This document shows positions 15,060-25,344 of a stretch of DNA of 41,245 nt, one piece after another. Source of the stretch: a virus (Duplodnaviria; Caudoviricetes); IMG/VR virus record IMGVR_UViG_3300033406_000399, positions 1 through 41,245 of that record. The stretch is one strand, 5' to 3'. Position numbers and translations under genes: made by a program. Under the pieces are notes generated by a model. That model was not told the origin of the DNA and searched no databases. It saw only the letters and a program-made list of their open reading frames with translations. Numbering within the stretch: the stretch's first letter is position 1; every line of letters begins with the position of its first letter.

Positions 15060-15497
15060 ATGGCCCGTCATAATTGGGATGAAATAAGAAAAGAGTATAT
15101 AGAAGGAATGGAACAAGATGGGCAGCTAGTTTATCCGACACAAAAGTCAATTGCTGATAAATACGGGATAGCCCCAGAAACCGTTAATCGCAAGGCTAAA
15201 GCTGAACAGTGGGAAGTTCAAAGAGAAATATTCGTCAATAAAACATCAATAAAGCGTCAAGAGAAAAAGGCAGAATTGATCTCTGACGAAGGTAGCCAGT
15301 TTGATCTTGATTGTTTTAATGCTGCCAAGGCTGGGATAGAGAAGATACAGCATGGAATAGGCAATTGCTTCTTGGTTGAAGACCTAAACAAATTGTCTTC
15401 GGCGCTAAAAAACTTTCAAACTGTGGGTAAGGCCAGCCTTGGTGATAAGACAACAGGCGACAACACTATCATAATAAGTTGGGATAATGATGCCTAA
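15060..15497 (+). CDS. terS: terminase small subunit
   Basis: W..IR.EY HTH N-terminus, C-terminal I.I.W strand, directly upstream of terL. Confidence 0.8.
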   Translation: MARHNWDEIRKEYIEGMEQDGQLVYPTQKSIADKYGIAPETVNRKAKAEQWEVQREIFVNKTSIKRQEKKAELISDEGSQFDLDCFNAAKAGIEKIQHGIGNCFLVEDLNKLSSALKNFQTVGKASLGDKTTGDNTIIISWDNDA

Positions 15498-16842
15498 AAT
15501 TACTATTCCATATAAACCTAGAACGATTTGGCGCGACAAAATACATCCGGCATTAGAGCAGTACCGTTGGGCCGTTATAGTTGCGCATAGACGGTTTGGT
15601 AAAACCGTTGGTAGTGTTAACCATCTTATCCGCAGGGCAACACAAAATAAACTCCTGTCGCCACAGTACGCTTATATAGCACCATTCCAAAAACAAGCGC
15701 GAATGATTGCATGGAATTATCTTAAATACTATACAAACGTCATACCGGGAACTAAAGCCAATGAAACCAATTTATATATAGAATTCCCGACTATGCATAA
15801 AAACGCGCCAGGAGCGCGCATATACATTGTGGGTGCAGATAATCCTGACGTTCTTCGCGGTACTTATTGGGATGGCGTAATAATAGACGAATACGCACAG
15901 ATAAAGCCCGAACTATGGGGCGAAGTTATCCGGCCTGCCTTGGCTGATAGAACAGGGTGGGCTGTTTTTATTGGTACACCTAAAGGCCAAAACCAGTTTT
16001 ACGAGATATATCAGAGGGCTTGTGCATCAAATGAATGGTATGTCTGCATGTATCGTGCTGATGAATCAGGCGTAATACCTGACGATGAGCTAGAGAGCAT
16101 GAAGCGAGATATGACTCCAACAGAGGTTAGACAGGAGTTATATTGTGACTTCACGGCATCGGCGTTTAATGTGCTGATTACTATTGATGTAGCTACTGAG
16201 GCGGCTAAAAGAATATATACCGAAGCTGATGTGATGACCGCCGAAAAGGTGTTAGGTGTTGATGTGGCTAGGTTTGGCGATGATAGAAGCGTTATTTTTA
16301 GGCGGCGAGGTTTACAGGCGTTTAATCCTAAGATATATGACAACATTGACAATATGCAGTTAGCGGCGTGTGTAGCGGCTGAAATACAGGATTTTGATCC
16401 TGATGCTGTATTTATTGATTCAGGGCGAGGCGAAGGCGTTATTGATAGGCTGCGACAATTAGGGTTTAAAGATGTAATGGAAGTGCCATTTGGCGGCGCG
16501 GCGTTGAAGAAGGAACGATATGCAAACAAACGGACTGAGATGTGGGATTCTGTACGCGAATGGCTAGAGAAGCGAGGCGGGGCAATACCTAATATACCAG
16601 AGTTAAAGACTGACCTTGTTACGCCTGAGTATAGCTTTGATACTGCGAACAGGATGAAGCTAGAACCCAAAGAGAAGATCAAGGAACGGCTTGGCAAGTC
16701 TACAGACTTAGGCGATGCATTAGCTTTGACCTTTGCTTATCCTGTAGTCCCTAAGACTCTACGACAAGCCAAGGCAGATAAAAACGGTATGTACTTTGCA
16801 AATAATGGTGAGCGGTATAATCCGCTGGCAAGGAGGCGATAA
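15487..16842 (+). CDS. terL: terminase large subunit
   Basis: HRRFGKT, IIDEYA, IGTPKG, GVDVARFGDD, D.GDALALTFA. Confidence 0.96.
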   Translation: MMPKITIPYKPRTIWRDKIHPALEQYRWAVIVAHRRFGKTVGSVNHLIRRATQNKLLSPQYAYIAPFQKQARMIAWNYLKYYTNVIPGTKANETNLYIEFPTMHKNAPGARIYIVGADNPDVLRGTYWDGVIIDEYAQIKPELWGEVIRPALADRTGWAVFIGTPKGQNQFYEIYQRACASNEWYVCMYRADESGVIPDDELESMKRDMTPTEVRQELYCDFTASAFNVLITIDVATEAAKRIYTEADVMTAEKVLGVDVARFGDDRSVIFRRRGLQAFNPKIYDNIDNMQLAACVAAEIQDFDPDAVFIDSGRGEGVIDRLRQLGFKDVMEVPFGGAALKKERYANKRTEMWDSVREWLEKRGGAIPNIPELKTDLVTPEYSFDTANRMKLEPKEKIKERLGKSTDLGDALALTFAYPVVPKTLRQAKADKNGMYFANNGERYNPLARRR

Positions 16843-16843
16843 T

Positions 16844-17056
16844 ATGTGTTTTTCAACAAGTGTATCAAGTGATTCAAGCGACTACTCAGCCGCGCCAACA
16901 TCTGTATCAACCGGCGATTCCGAAACGCTCCAAGAGGAACAGGAGAAGCAGCGCAAGAAGCTGCGCGAGGCAAATGGTTATGCGAAGAATATTGTTGCCG
17001 GCACAAGTAGCCTGTCGTCGTCAAACGTAAGTAAGAAAAGTTTGTTAGGCGAGTGA
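16844..17056 (+). CDS. small pre-portal virion-associated protein
   Basis: AAGGAGG RBS; MCF... start and KKSLLGE end typical of this slot in BPP-1/T7-like phages. Confidence 0.75.
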   Translation: MCFSTSVSSDSSDYSAAPTSVSTGDSETLQEEQEKQRKKLREANGYAKNIVAGTSSLSSSNVSKKSLLGE

Positions 17057-17063
17057 TGCGACT

Positions 17064-18782
17064 ATGAAATGGGGAGGGAAAAAACCACTACCATTGACGC
17101 GGGACGAGTTAAATAAAATACACAAGGCTATGTTTGACGTACAGTCAAGTGGACAATGGCTGGAAAAGTGGAAGGATATTCGCGACTATATTAATCCATA
17201 CATCGGCTTCTTTGATGAGGATATGCCGAACAATGGTGAGCGCCGCGATGATCTGATGATTAACACGTTGCCATTACAGGCCAATAATATACAGGCTTCT
17301 GGGATGCAAGACGGGATTACATCACCGTCTAGGCCGTGGTATAGGTTGGCAATAGTTGACCCAACATTGCAGGATAATGACGAGGTAAAACGATGGTGCG
17401 ATGATGTAACCAATATACTGCTTGATTTATTCGCTCGTTCTAACTTCTACGATTCATCGATTGAGTTTTATAAGGAACTTGGCGCTCCAGGAACAGCGGC
17501 GATGCTGATTGAGGAAGACCCTGACCATGGTATATGGTGCCGGACGTTTACAATTGGTGAGTATGCAGTTGGGACAGATCATCGTAACAGAGTTAACCGA
17601 TTCGCCAGGAACGTGCAGATGAATGTCGCGGAAATGGTATCAGCATTTGGCCTTGATAATTGCCCTAATACAGTACAGGTGCTGTGGAAAAACAAGAGCG
17701 TCGAGAAGTACCAGAAGATCAAGCACTTGGTTATACCTAATCCTAACTATATTGAAGGCAAGATGATCAAGTGGGTTAAGAAGTATATTTCCCTGTATTG
17801 GTGCAACTCTGATAAAGACGATGATTACCTGGAAATAGGCGGGTATGATGACTTTCCATTTGCCGTTAGTCGCTGGTCTGTCAAGGGCGCTGATATATAC
17901 GGACGCGGACCAGGATGGTATGCGCTAGGCGATGCGAAGGCACTACAGGCGATGGAAGAGGATATTCATACCGGAATTAAGAAACAGGTTGAGCCGCCAA
18001 CGATTGCCCCGGTTGATATTTTAAGCGCTGGCGGGGTGAATACATTACCTAATGGTGTGACTTACTATAGTCGTGATGTAGGTGCTAATCCTGTTCAATC
18101 GCTGTATCAGGTTAACCTAGCAATACAAGAGGTTGAGGCTAAAAAACAGTCGATAGAAGCTGAGATAAACAAACATTTCTATGTGGACCTGTTTTCAATG
18201 CTGGAAAATGAAATGGCTGACCGGAGCCAGATAACGGCCCGTGAAATTATCGAGCGTGTGCAGGAAAAAATGAGCCGTATTGGCCCAGTGTTTAACAGAC
18301 TACAGCATGAGTTTTTACAGCCGGTTATTGATCGGGTGTTTAACATTGCGATGCGTAACAACCTATTGCCGCCGCCGCCCGATGTGCTTCAAGGGGTTAA
18401 CTTAAAGATTGAATATGTATCGGTTATGGCACAAGCTCAGAAGATGCAGGGTATCACAGCGCTGCAACAGTTTACAGAGTATGCGGGAGAATTATCGCAG
18501 CTTAGTCAAGGCTCGGTACTGGACAAGATTGACTTTGATAAATTAGTAGATAAGAGCGCCGACATGCTTGGTATTTCGCCGTCAATCATTAAGTCGGATG
18601 AGCAAGTGGCTAAGACAAGGCAACAGAGAGCGCAACAAGAACAGGCGGCTCAGGCGATGGCTGCCGTACAGCAAACGGCTAATATAGCACAGACAGCAGC
18701 ACAAACGCCGTTGGGCAATGGTTCTGCTCTTGATGCTCTTATACCTGGCGCGGGCGGTTACCAAGGCGCAGGAGGTAACTAA
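17064..18782 (+). CDS. portal / head-tail connector (T7 gp8/BPP-1-like)
   Basis: RPWYRL, YGRGPG..AL.D.K.LQ, TAREI.ER..EK...GPV..RL..E, IEYVS..AQAQK. Confidence 0.93.
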   Translation: MKWGGKKPLPLTRDELNKIHKAMFDVQSSGQWLEKWKDIRDYINPYIGFFDEDMPNNGERRDDLMINTLPLQANNIQASGMQDGITSPSRPWYRLAIVDPTLQDNDEVKRWCDDVTNILLDLFARSNFYDSSIEFYKELGAPGTAAMLIEEDPDHGIWCRTFTIGEYAVGTDHRNRVNRFARNVQMNVAEMVSAFGLDNCPNTVQVLWKNKSVEKYQKIKHLVIPNPNYIEGKMIKWVKKYISLYWCNSDKDDDYLEIGGYDDFPFAVSRWSVKGADIYGRGPGWYALGDAKALQAMEEDIHTGIKKQVEPPTIAPVDILSAGGVNTLPNGVTYYSRDVGANPVQSLYQVNLAIQEVEAKKQSIEAEINKHFYVDLFSMLENEMADRSQITAREIIERVQEKMSRIGPVFNRLQHEFLQPVIDRVFNIAMRNNLLPPPPDVLQGVNLKIEYVSVMAQAQKMQGITALQQFTEYAGELSQLSQGSVLDKIDFDKLVDKSADMLGISPSIIKSDEQVAKTRQQRAQQEQAAQAMAAVQQTANIAQTAAQTPLGNGSALDALIPGAGGYQGAGGN

Positions 18783-19120
18783 TGAGTGATGACATACTAA
18801 AACAGCAAGTAGCCACACAGTTAGATGTGCAAAACTTATATGACCTTCGCGCCTTGATGGATACACAACAGGGCCGCAGGTTTTTTCAATGGCTATTACT
18901 CAAGTGCGGTCGCAACAATACATCGTTTACTAGAGATAGCCGGACATACTTCAACGAGGGTATGCGTAACGTGGCATTGCTCCTAGAAAGCAGTATGAAG
19001 GCCATAGGGCTTGAAGGCGTTGACCTGCTGCATCAATCAGAGCGTGAGTACATTGAACTGTCAGAAGCAATCAAGCGGCAGATATTAGACCAAGGTGGTG
19101 ATGGACATGGCAAAGTGTAA
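18782..19120 (+). CDS. Bbp19-like protein
   Basis: DL..LM.T..GRRF..WLL..CG....SF....TYFNEG.RNV.L. Confidence 0.8.
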   Translation: MSDDILKQQVATQLDVQNLYDLRALMDTQQGRRFFQWLLLKCGRNNTSFTRDSRTYFNEGMRNVALLLESSMKAIGLEGVDLLHQSEREYIELSEAIKRQILDQGGDGHGKV

Positions 19121-19139
19121 AGGCGGCAAAAAGAAATAG
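19107..19139 (+). CDS. 10-aa micro-ORF MAKCKGGKKK
   Basis: AAGGTGGTGA RBS at good spacing. Confidence 0.35.
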   Translation: MAKCKGGKKK

Positions 19140-19152
19140 GGAGGATACAAAC

Positions 19153-19197
19153 AAGAAGGATTGCAGGATAATTACCTGCCACCTTCTTTTTTATTTT
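19153..19197 (+). terminator. intrinsic terminator
   Basis: AAGAAGG..GCAGG/CCTGC..CCTTCTT stem followed by T tract. Confidence 0.6.
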
Positions 19198-19218
19198 ATC
19201 AATAAAGGAGAAAGTGGC

Positions 19219-19731
19219 ATGGAAATATGGAAAGACGTTGAAGACTATGAAGGTATTTACCAAGTAAGCAACCTTGGAAATGTTAGATCTTTAAATTATA
19301 GAAGAAAGGGATTGATTAGCAATGTAAAACAAGGAATAGACCATTATGGATATCCTAAAATTCGTTTGTATAAAAATGGAGTAAGGCTAGAATATAAAGT
19401 TCATAGATTGGTTGCCAAAGCGTTTTTGGATAACAGCATGGGATTACCGGAAGTAAATCATAAGGACTACAACAGAAAAAATAATAATATTAGCAATCTC
19501 GAATGGGTTTCTAAACTAGACAATATTATACATCAATCAAAAAGAGGATTGTTCGGTCGGCAGGCAACAACCAGACGAATAATAGCTATTCCTATTAATG
19601 GTGGAGAAACGCTATTATTCAACAGCGTTAAAGAGGCATCACAAGGGATTGGAGTTGCACAATGTTGTATATCTTATTGCTTATCTGGTAAACAAAAATT
19701 CACAAGGGGATACATAGTGAAAGGAGCGTGA
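19219..19731 (+). CDS. free-standing NUMOD4-HNH homing endonuclease
   Basis: EIWKDV..YEG.YQVSN.G.VRS; VHRLVA.AF; NHKD.N..NN..SNLEW; NUMOD1-like C-terminus. Confidence 0.92.
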   Translation: MEIWKDVEDYEGIYQVSNLGNVRSLNYRRKGLISNVKQGIDHYGYPKIRLYKNGVRLEYKVHRLVAKAFLDNSMGLPEVNHKDYNRKNNNISNLEWVSKLDNIIHQSKRGLFGRQATTRRIIAIPINGGETLLFNSVKEASQGIGVAQCCISYCLSGKQKFTRGYIVKGA

Positions 19732-19792
19732 TCCAATCTGAGCCGGGCCAATACCCCGGTTATTTTTATGCTTATTTTAGGGAGTGATTAAC

Positions 19793-20455
19793 ATGATTTT
19801 TACTGCTTTACAAGATAACACTGATAGGCAGTTTGATCTACAACTATTCGCAGATGGTGAACCGGCACCTGACACTGGATTTGCTGCTGGCGATACCGGA
19901 GATGCTGGCGCACAGAGCGATACATCAGCGGCAGAAGGTGATTTGTTAACCGGTAATAGTGGTGAGGGCGAGCAAAAGAGTGAAGACGGTGAGCAAAAGG
20001 GCGATAAGCCAACTGCGCCGGAGAAATACGAAGATTTTACTATGCCAGAAGGTATGACATGGGATGCCGAAAAATCTGCTGAATTCTTGGATGTTGCAAA
20101 AGAACTGGGCTTATCACAGGAACAAGCGCAAAAACTTGTAAATGTTGGTGCAAAGCTTATCGGCGGCAGCCAGGAATCAATTCAGCAGCAAGCGGCAGAA
20201 CAAAGTAAGGCATGGCGTGAGGAAAGCCTTGCTAAGTACCAGAAAGCTGATATTGAGCTGGCTAATAAGACACTAGGCCAGTTTGCTACACCTGAGTTTA
20301 AAGAGCTATTGGAGGCTACAGGGCTGGCAAATAGTCCTGCGATGATCGGGATATTCAAGGAAATCGGCGAGGCAATAAGTGAGGGTAAGTTTATAGAGGG
20401 CAATCAGGCAACACAAAAAGAGTTGTCGCTTGCTGAAAGATTATTTGGTAAATAA
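19793..20455 (+). CDS. capsid scaffolding protein
   Basis: Acidic; APEKYEDF, AKELGLSQEQAQKL, GL..SP.M; upstream of the capsid gene. Confidence 0.85.
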   Translation: MIFTALQDNTDRQFDLQLFADGEPAPDTGFAAGDTGDAGAQSDTSAAEGDLLTGNSGEGEQKSEDGEQKGDKPTAPEKYEDFTMPEGMTWDAEKSAEFLDVAKELGLSQEQAQKLVNVGAKLIGGSQESIQQQAAEQSKAWREESLAKYQKADIELANKTLGQFATPEFKELLEATGLANSPAMIGIFKEIGEAISEGKFIEGNQATQKELSLAERLFGK

Positions 20456-20468
20456 GGAGATGATTTAA

Positions 20469-21500
20469 ATGGCTGAACTAACTAATACATGGCCTACACT
20501 GTTCAACATCAGTAAAGACTTAGATTCTAGTGGCAAACTAGCCGCTGTTGGCGAAGTATTGACCGAAACGAATGAAATACTTGACGACATTCCGTGGGTT
20601 GCAGGTAATTCCACAGGTGGTCATAAGATTAGCTTGCGCGAAAACATTCCGGCGCCAACGTGGAGACAATTTAACCAAGGTGTATATCCTAGCGTGTCAA
20701 CTACTGGTCAAATCATGGAAGTGTGCGGCACAATGAGTAACTATTCCGAAGTTGACAAGGCCTTGGCAGACCTCAATGGGAATACCGCTGATTATAAATT
20801 AAAACAGGCCAAGCCTATTATGGAAGGGTTTAACCAGTCAATGGCGTCGACTCTTATTAGCGGCGACTATGATGCTGATAATGCCAAGTTTAACGGCCTT
20901 GCTGCTAGATATTACGGATTAACGTCTAGCACTGGTGGAACTACTTATAAAAACGTTATTGGTGCTGGCGGTTCTACCAAAGCTAATGGGATAACGTCAA
21001 TCTATCTTGTTGGATGGTCTCCTAATACTGTATATGGCATCTATCCGAAAGGTTCAACCGCTGGGCTTCATATGAATGACCTGGGCGAAGTTACCTTGTT
21101 CCCAACTGCTGGCGGTCAAATGCAAGGGTATAGAACATACTTCCAATGGGATTGCGGTATGGCTGTAGAGGATTGGCGGTATGTGGTTCGCATCGCTAAT
21201 ATTGATGTTACGGCCCTGCTGACTGCTGGCGATTCAACTGATACATCAGCAAATGTCATGAAATATATGAGTATGGCTCTTGATATTCCACCGACTACTG
21301 GTAACGTACGGTGGGCTTTTTATTGTCACCCTAAAGTACGATCAATGCTCAGAGTTCAACTAATGAGCAAATCTAATGCTTGGTTGTCGCTTGAAACTTT
21401 CACCAATGGGCAAGGAATTCCACGGCCTACTCTGTCATTCATGGGAGTGCCTATTCGTCGTGTAGATGAAATGACTCTAACTGAATCTGTAATATCGTAA
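20469..21500 (+). CDS. major capsid protein (BPP-1 Bbp17-like)
   Basis: E.L.ETNEILDDIPW, WR.FNQGV, SEVDK.LA, FNGLA.RY, DWRYVVRIANID, F.GVPIRRVD. Confidence 0.92.
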   Translation: MAELTNTWPTLFNISKDLDSSGKLAAVGEVLTETNEILDDIPWVAGNSTGGHKISLRENIPAPTWRQFNQGVYPSVSTTGQIMEVCGTMSNYSEVDKALADLNGNTADYKLKQAKPIMEGFNQSMASTLISGDYDADNAKFNGLAARYYGLTSSTGGTTYKNVIGAGGSTKANGITSIYLVGWSPNTVYGIYPKGSTAGLHMNDLGEVTLFPTAGGQMQGYRTYFQWDCGMAVEDWRYVVRIANIDVTALLTAGDSTDTSANVMKYMSMALDIPPTTGNVRWAFYCHPKVRSMLRVQLMSKSNAWLSLETFTNGQGIPRPTLSFMGVPIRRVDEMTLTESVIS

Positions 21501-21513
21501 GGAGGGATTATAC

Positions 21514-21906
21514 ATGGCTTTAATTGATTATTTGACTAGATTTTCAGATGACCAGGCCGTAACAACTAGTGCGGCCTCTACTAACTATATTAATGGGCTT
21601 GCCGCCGGCACTGGTATCAATGACCAGATTTTTCTAATAGCCGGTGTTGGCACTGCCTTTGCTGGTGGTACATCACTAGAAATTAGCTGGCAGACTTCAA
21701 CGTCTAGCGATTTCAGCACATATGCAACATTGTTTACTTCTGGCACTATTTTATTAGCTGATTTGACAGCTAATACTGTGCTGGTTCAAGTTCCTATTCC
21801 AATTGGTACTTTGCAGTATAACCGACTGTATTACACTGTTGACGGGACAATGACCGCAGGAACAGTAAACGCATTCTTACAGTGCGGCGTAGTTGTAGGA
21901 GTTTAA
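21514..21906 (+). CDS. capsid cement protein (Bbp16-like)
   Basis: FSD.QAVT..AASTN...RL.YTV.G.MTAG.V.AFL. Confidence 0.85.
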   Translation: MALIDYLTRFSDDQAVTTSAASTNYINGLAAGTGINDQIFLIAGVGTAFAGGTSLEISWQTSTSSDFSTYATLFTSGTILLADLTANTVLVQVPIPIGTLQYNRLYYTVDGTMTAGTVNAFLQCGVVVGV

Positions 21907-21910
21907 TGTT

Positions 21911-21940
21911 GGGGACGGTTAATCCGTCCCTTTCTTATTT
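21911..21940 (+). terminator. intrinsic terminator
   Basis: GGGACGG/CCGTCCC stem followed by T-rich tail. Confidence 0.7.
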
Positions 21941-21953
21941 GGGGAGGTAAGTT

Positions 21954-22565
21954 ATGGCCTCAGTAGTTGAAATATGTAATTTGGCCTTGGCTAAGATTGG
22001 TCAAGGCACTATTAATACATTGAGCGAAGCAAGCCCACAGGCAGAAGCTTGCAGTCTTGTATACGAACCTACAAGGGACGCATTGCTACGGCAATACCCT
22101 TGGAACTTTGCAACTAAGTCGGCATTTTTGGGGCAGGTGTCAGTTACAATCCCAGAAGCTGATGTGTGGTTATATATTTATCAGTATCCAACTAATGCCC
22201 TGCATGTTCGCAAGGTATTCAACAAAGGCAATATTGCCCCAGAGATACCGAATGACTACGAAATCATCAGTACAGGCAATTCAAAATATGTCTGCTGTAA
22301 TATAGACCAAGCTATTGCGCGGTACACGCTGCGCGTTACCGACACCACTGTATTTGATCCGCTTTTTGTCCAAGCGCTGGCTTGCAAAATTGCTACTGAA
22401 CTAGCAATGCAAAAAGGCGACACAAACCGGATTAAGGTTACTATGTCGTCGTTCAACGAGGCGCATCAGGCCGCTATGCTTGCCGGGGCAATTGAGGGAG
22501 CAGAGCAGAGGCCACAAAGCCAGAAATCTAAATCAGCGCGATCATATATAAACGCAAGGCGGTGA
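21954..22565 (+). CDS. tail adaptor (tubular protein A-like)
   Basis: ICNLAL..IG...I..L.E, RD.LL...PWNFA, FDPLF..ALA..IA, YINARR. Confidence 0.88.
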   Translation: MASVVEICNLALAKIGQGTINTLSEASPQAEACSLVYEPTRDALLRQYPWNFATKSAFLGQVSVTIPEADVWLYIYQYPTNALHVRKVFNKGNIAPEIPNDYEIISTGNSKYVCCNIDQAIARYTLRVTDTTVFDPLFVQALACKIATELAMQKGDTNRIKVTMSSFNEAHQAAMLAGAIEGAEQRPQSQKSKSARSYINARR

Positions 22566-22569
22566 GTAG

Positions 22570-25344
22570 ATGTTATATATAATGCAAAACAGTTTTACAG
22601 GCGGTGAGTTCGCGCCAAGCATGGATTCGCGCCAGGACGTACAAAAGTACGGTACTGGCTGTAAAACGATGAAAAACTTCTACGTTAAGCCGCAGGGTTC
22701 AGCAGTAAATAGGCCGGGAACCGTCTTTGTAGCCGAAACTAAGGACAGCGGAGAGGCATACTTAATACCGTTTTCATTTAACGAGTCGATTGCATACATG
22801 CTAGAATTTGGCGACTATTATGTCCGGTTTTACAGGGATAGCGGTCAGTTAGTGCTTTCATCTGCTGATGCATGGGCAGCGTCAACAGCTTATGCTGTAA
22901 ATGACTATGTTGAAGTTAATAGCCTAATATATCGATGCACTACGGCCCACACGTCAACCAGCGATGACGAGCCGGGAACAGGGACTAATTGGGCTACTTA
23001 CTGGGTACAGAGCGCAATATATCAAATAACGTCACCTTATCCAATCGCTGATGTACCTGACTTAAAATTTACTCAGTCTGCCGATGTAATGTATTTGGCC
23101 CACGCTGATTATGCACCAAGGACTCTTACAAGGTCAGGTGATACTAGATGGGCAATAGCCTTATTTGCCTTCACGTTAGGGCCATTTGCGCCAATGAATC
23201 TTACTGATACTACGATAACACCAAGCGGCACATTGACGGTTGATGGTGAGATTACGCTTAGTGCCTCTGATGATGTATTTACATCTAATCATGTTGGGGC
23301 TTTGTTTAGGCTTGACCAGGACATTGAAGCACAATGTTTGAGTGGCAAATTTACAAGTTCGGGAGTGTGTTCCAGTAACAAAACCGATACTCTGTCGTCA
23401 TCCCACACCCACAGTTCTTATACGATTACATATACAATGACTGTTTCCGGAACATACAGCGGTGGCACAGTAACGCTATATTATTCAACTGATAATAGTA
23501 GCTTCTCATCAGTTTTATCTGAGACAGCAAACGGAGAGTTTGAGTATTCAGTAGCTACGACAAGAGGATATGCTTATGCGACAATATCTGATTTAGAATC
23601 TGGATCATGTTCAGTCACACTAAAACAGTCATATTACGGTGGCACAAGTTCAGTGTCCGTATCTAGCGGCGCCAACGGTGGCGTAACAGGCATGGGTACA
23701 TGGATGTTAACCACTCATGGCACATGGACAGGCGTATTGTACCTTGAAAAGTCAGAGGATGGCGGGGAGAGCTGGAAGAAACTAAGACAATACTCGTGTG
23801 CCACAGATAACATTGCTGATTCTGGTACAGAAGATGACGAAATTGTTATGCTGCGGGTGAGGATGTATTCGTGGGACTCAACAGATAGCGATGACGTTTG
23901 CCGCTTTGACTTGCAATTCGAACCATATACATCTTATGGCATATGCGAGATAACAGCCGTTACCAGCACGACAGAAGCAACCGCAACAGTTAAACAGCAG
24001 TTTGGTAGTACAGACGCTACAGAATACTGGTATCAAGGGGCATGGAGCGAAGAAAGAGGCTGGCCTAGTGCGGTTGTGTTTTATCAGAATAGGCTAGTGT
24101 TTGGCGCGACAGAATCCGAACCTCAAACGCTGTGGACTTCGAATAGCGGCGACTATACCAACTTTGGAGTATCGGCAACGGTGGAAGATGATGACGCTAT
24201 TACTACTCCGTTAGTAAATGACAAGGTAAATGCAATAAAGTCACTAAAGGCCCTGTCTAAAATTATCGGCCTAACCGCTGGCGGGTATTGGGTTATTGGC
24301 GCGGGTGATTCTACAGCATTTACCCCATCTTCACAAAATGCCAGTGCTGAAGGCTACTTTGGTGCATCAAGTCTAGAGCCGGTAATTATCGGCAACCGGA
24401 TATTATTTACAAGCTGCAAAGGCGCTATTGTTCGGGATATGGGTTATGACTATTCGGCTGAGTCATATATTGCAGTTGATTTGACGCTGTATGCCGAGCA
24501 TTTGTTTAAGAACCGGACGATAAAGCAATGGGCCTACGCACAAGAGCCGGACGGTATTGTCTGGTGCATTGGTAGCGATGGGACATTACTTGGCTTAACT
24601 TATCTCAAAGAGCAGCAGGTTTGCGGCTGGCACCGACATGAAACAGATGGCACATATGAGAGTGTTGCTGTTATTCCTGGTGATGACCGGGACCAAGTGT
24701 GGTTTATTGTTAACCGCACTATCAACGGTGAAACAAAGCGCTATGTTGAAGTAATGGCGGCGCGGGTAACCGATGCGGCTACATCAACAAACAGCGATGG
24801 CGAAGAGGTTGTGGTTTATGATCCTGCTGATCAATATTTCGTTGACTGTGGGCTTAGTTATTCTAGCGACACGGCGGTAAGTACGATCAGCGGCCTGGAT
24901 CACCTTGAAGGCAAAACAGTATCTATCTTAGCGGATGGCAATGTGCATCCACAGAAAACTGTAACTGACGGAGCTATTACTCTTGATTACTCAGCTAGTG
25001 TAGTGCATGTCGGGCTACCTTATACCTGTGACCTAGAGACTCTTAATATTGAGTTTCAAGCCCAAGATGGGACAATACAGACACGGTATAAGACCATTAC
25101 AAAGGCTACAATCCGCTTTGAGAATTCACGCGGGGCTTTTGTTGGTACTAGCTTTTCTAAGCTATATGAGCTAAAAATGCGCTCTACAGAGGCGTATGGT
25201 GTACCGATTGCCCTTTATACTGGCGATAAAGAGATACAGTTTAACTCAGCACCAAGTGTAAAGGGTAGGATATGTATTCGTATGAGCGATCCGTTACCGA
25301 TCGCAGTAGCTGCTATTGTAACAGAGGTGACGCTCGATGGTTAA
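22570..25344 (+). CDS. tail nozzle (tubular protein B-like) with inserted domains
   Basis: Q.SFTGGE..P, RPGT.FV, Q..D.MYL.H, GWP..V.FYQ.RL.F, W.RH.T.G, GL.HLEG.TV..LADG. Confidence 0.9.
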   Translation: MLYIMQNSFTGGEFAPSMDSRQDVQKYGTGCKTMKNFYVKPQGSAVNRPGTVFVAETKDSGEAYLIPFSFNESIAYMLEFGDYYVRFYRDSGQLVLSSADAWAASTAYAVNDYVEVNSLIYRCTTAHTSTSDDEPGTGTNWATYWVQSAIYQITSPYPIADVPDLKFTQSADVMYLAHADYAPRTLTRSGDTRWAIALFAFTLGPFAPMNLTDTTITPSGTLTVDGEITLSASDDVFTSNHVGALFRLDQDIEAQCLSGKFTSSGVCSSNKTDTLSSSHTHSSYTITYTMTVSGTYSGGTVTLYYSTDNSSFSSVLSETANGEFEYSVATTRGYAYATISDLESGSCSVTLKQSYYGGTSSVSVSSGANGGVTGMGTWMLTTHGTWTGVLYLEKSEDGGESWKKLRQYSCATDNIADSGTEDDEIVMLRVRMYSWDSTDSDDVCRFDLQFEPYTSYGICEITAVTSTTEATATVKQQFGSTDATEYWYQGAWSEERGWPSAVVFYQNRLVFGATESEPQTLWTSNSGDYTNFGVSATVEDDDAITTPLVNDKVNAIKSLKALSKIIGLTAGGYWVIGAGDSTAFTPSSQNASAEGYFGASSLEPVIIGNRILFTSCKGAIVRDMGYDYSAESYIAVDLTLYAEHLFKNRTIKQWAYAQEPDGIVWCIGSDGTLLGLTYLKEQQVCGWHRHETDGTYESVAVIPGDDRDQVWFIVNRTINGETKRYVEVMAARVTDAATSTNSDGEEVVVYDPADQYFVDCGLSYSSDTAVSTISGLDHLEGKTVSILADGNVHPQKTVTDGAITLDYSASVVHVGLPYTCDLETLNIEFQAQDGTIQTRYKTITKATIRFENSRGAFVGTSFSKLYELKMRSTEAYGVPIALYTGDKEIQFNSAPSVKGRICIRMSDPLPIAVAAIVTEVTLDG

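Noticed and set aside
16011-16697. 228-aa antisense ORF in terL, and similar shadows in the ATPase, portal, ejection and FtsK genes
   Set aside because: Fully inside well-supported genes with no recognisable motifs
19140-19790. Group I intron around the HNH gene
   Set aside because: Flanking genes are intact and the non-coding flanks are too short for a ribozyme core
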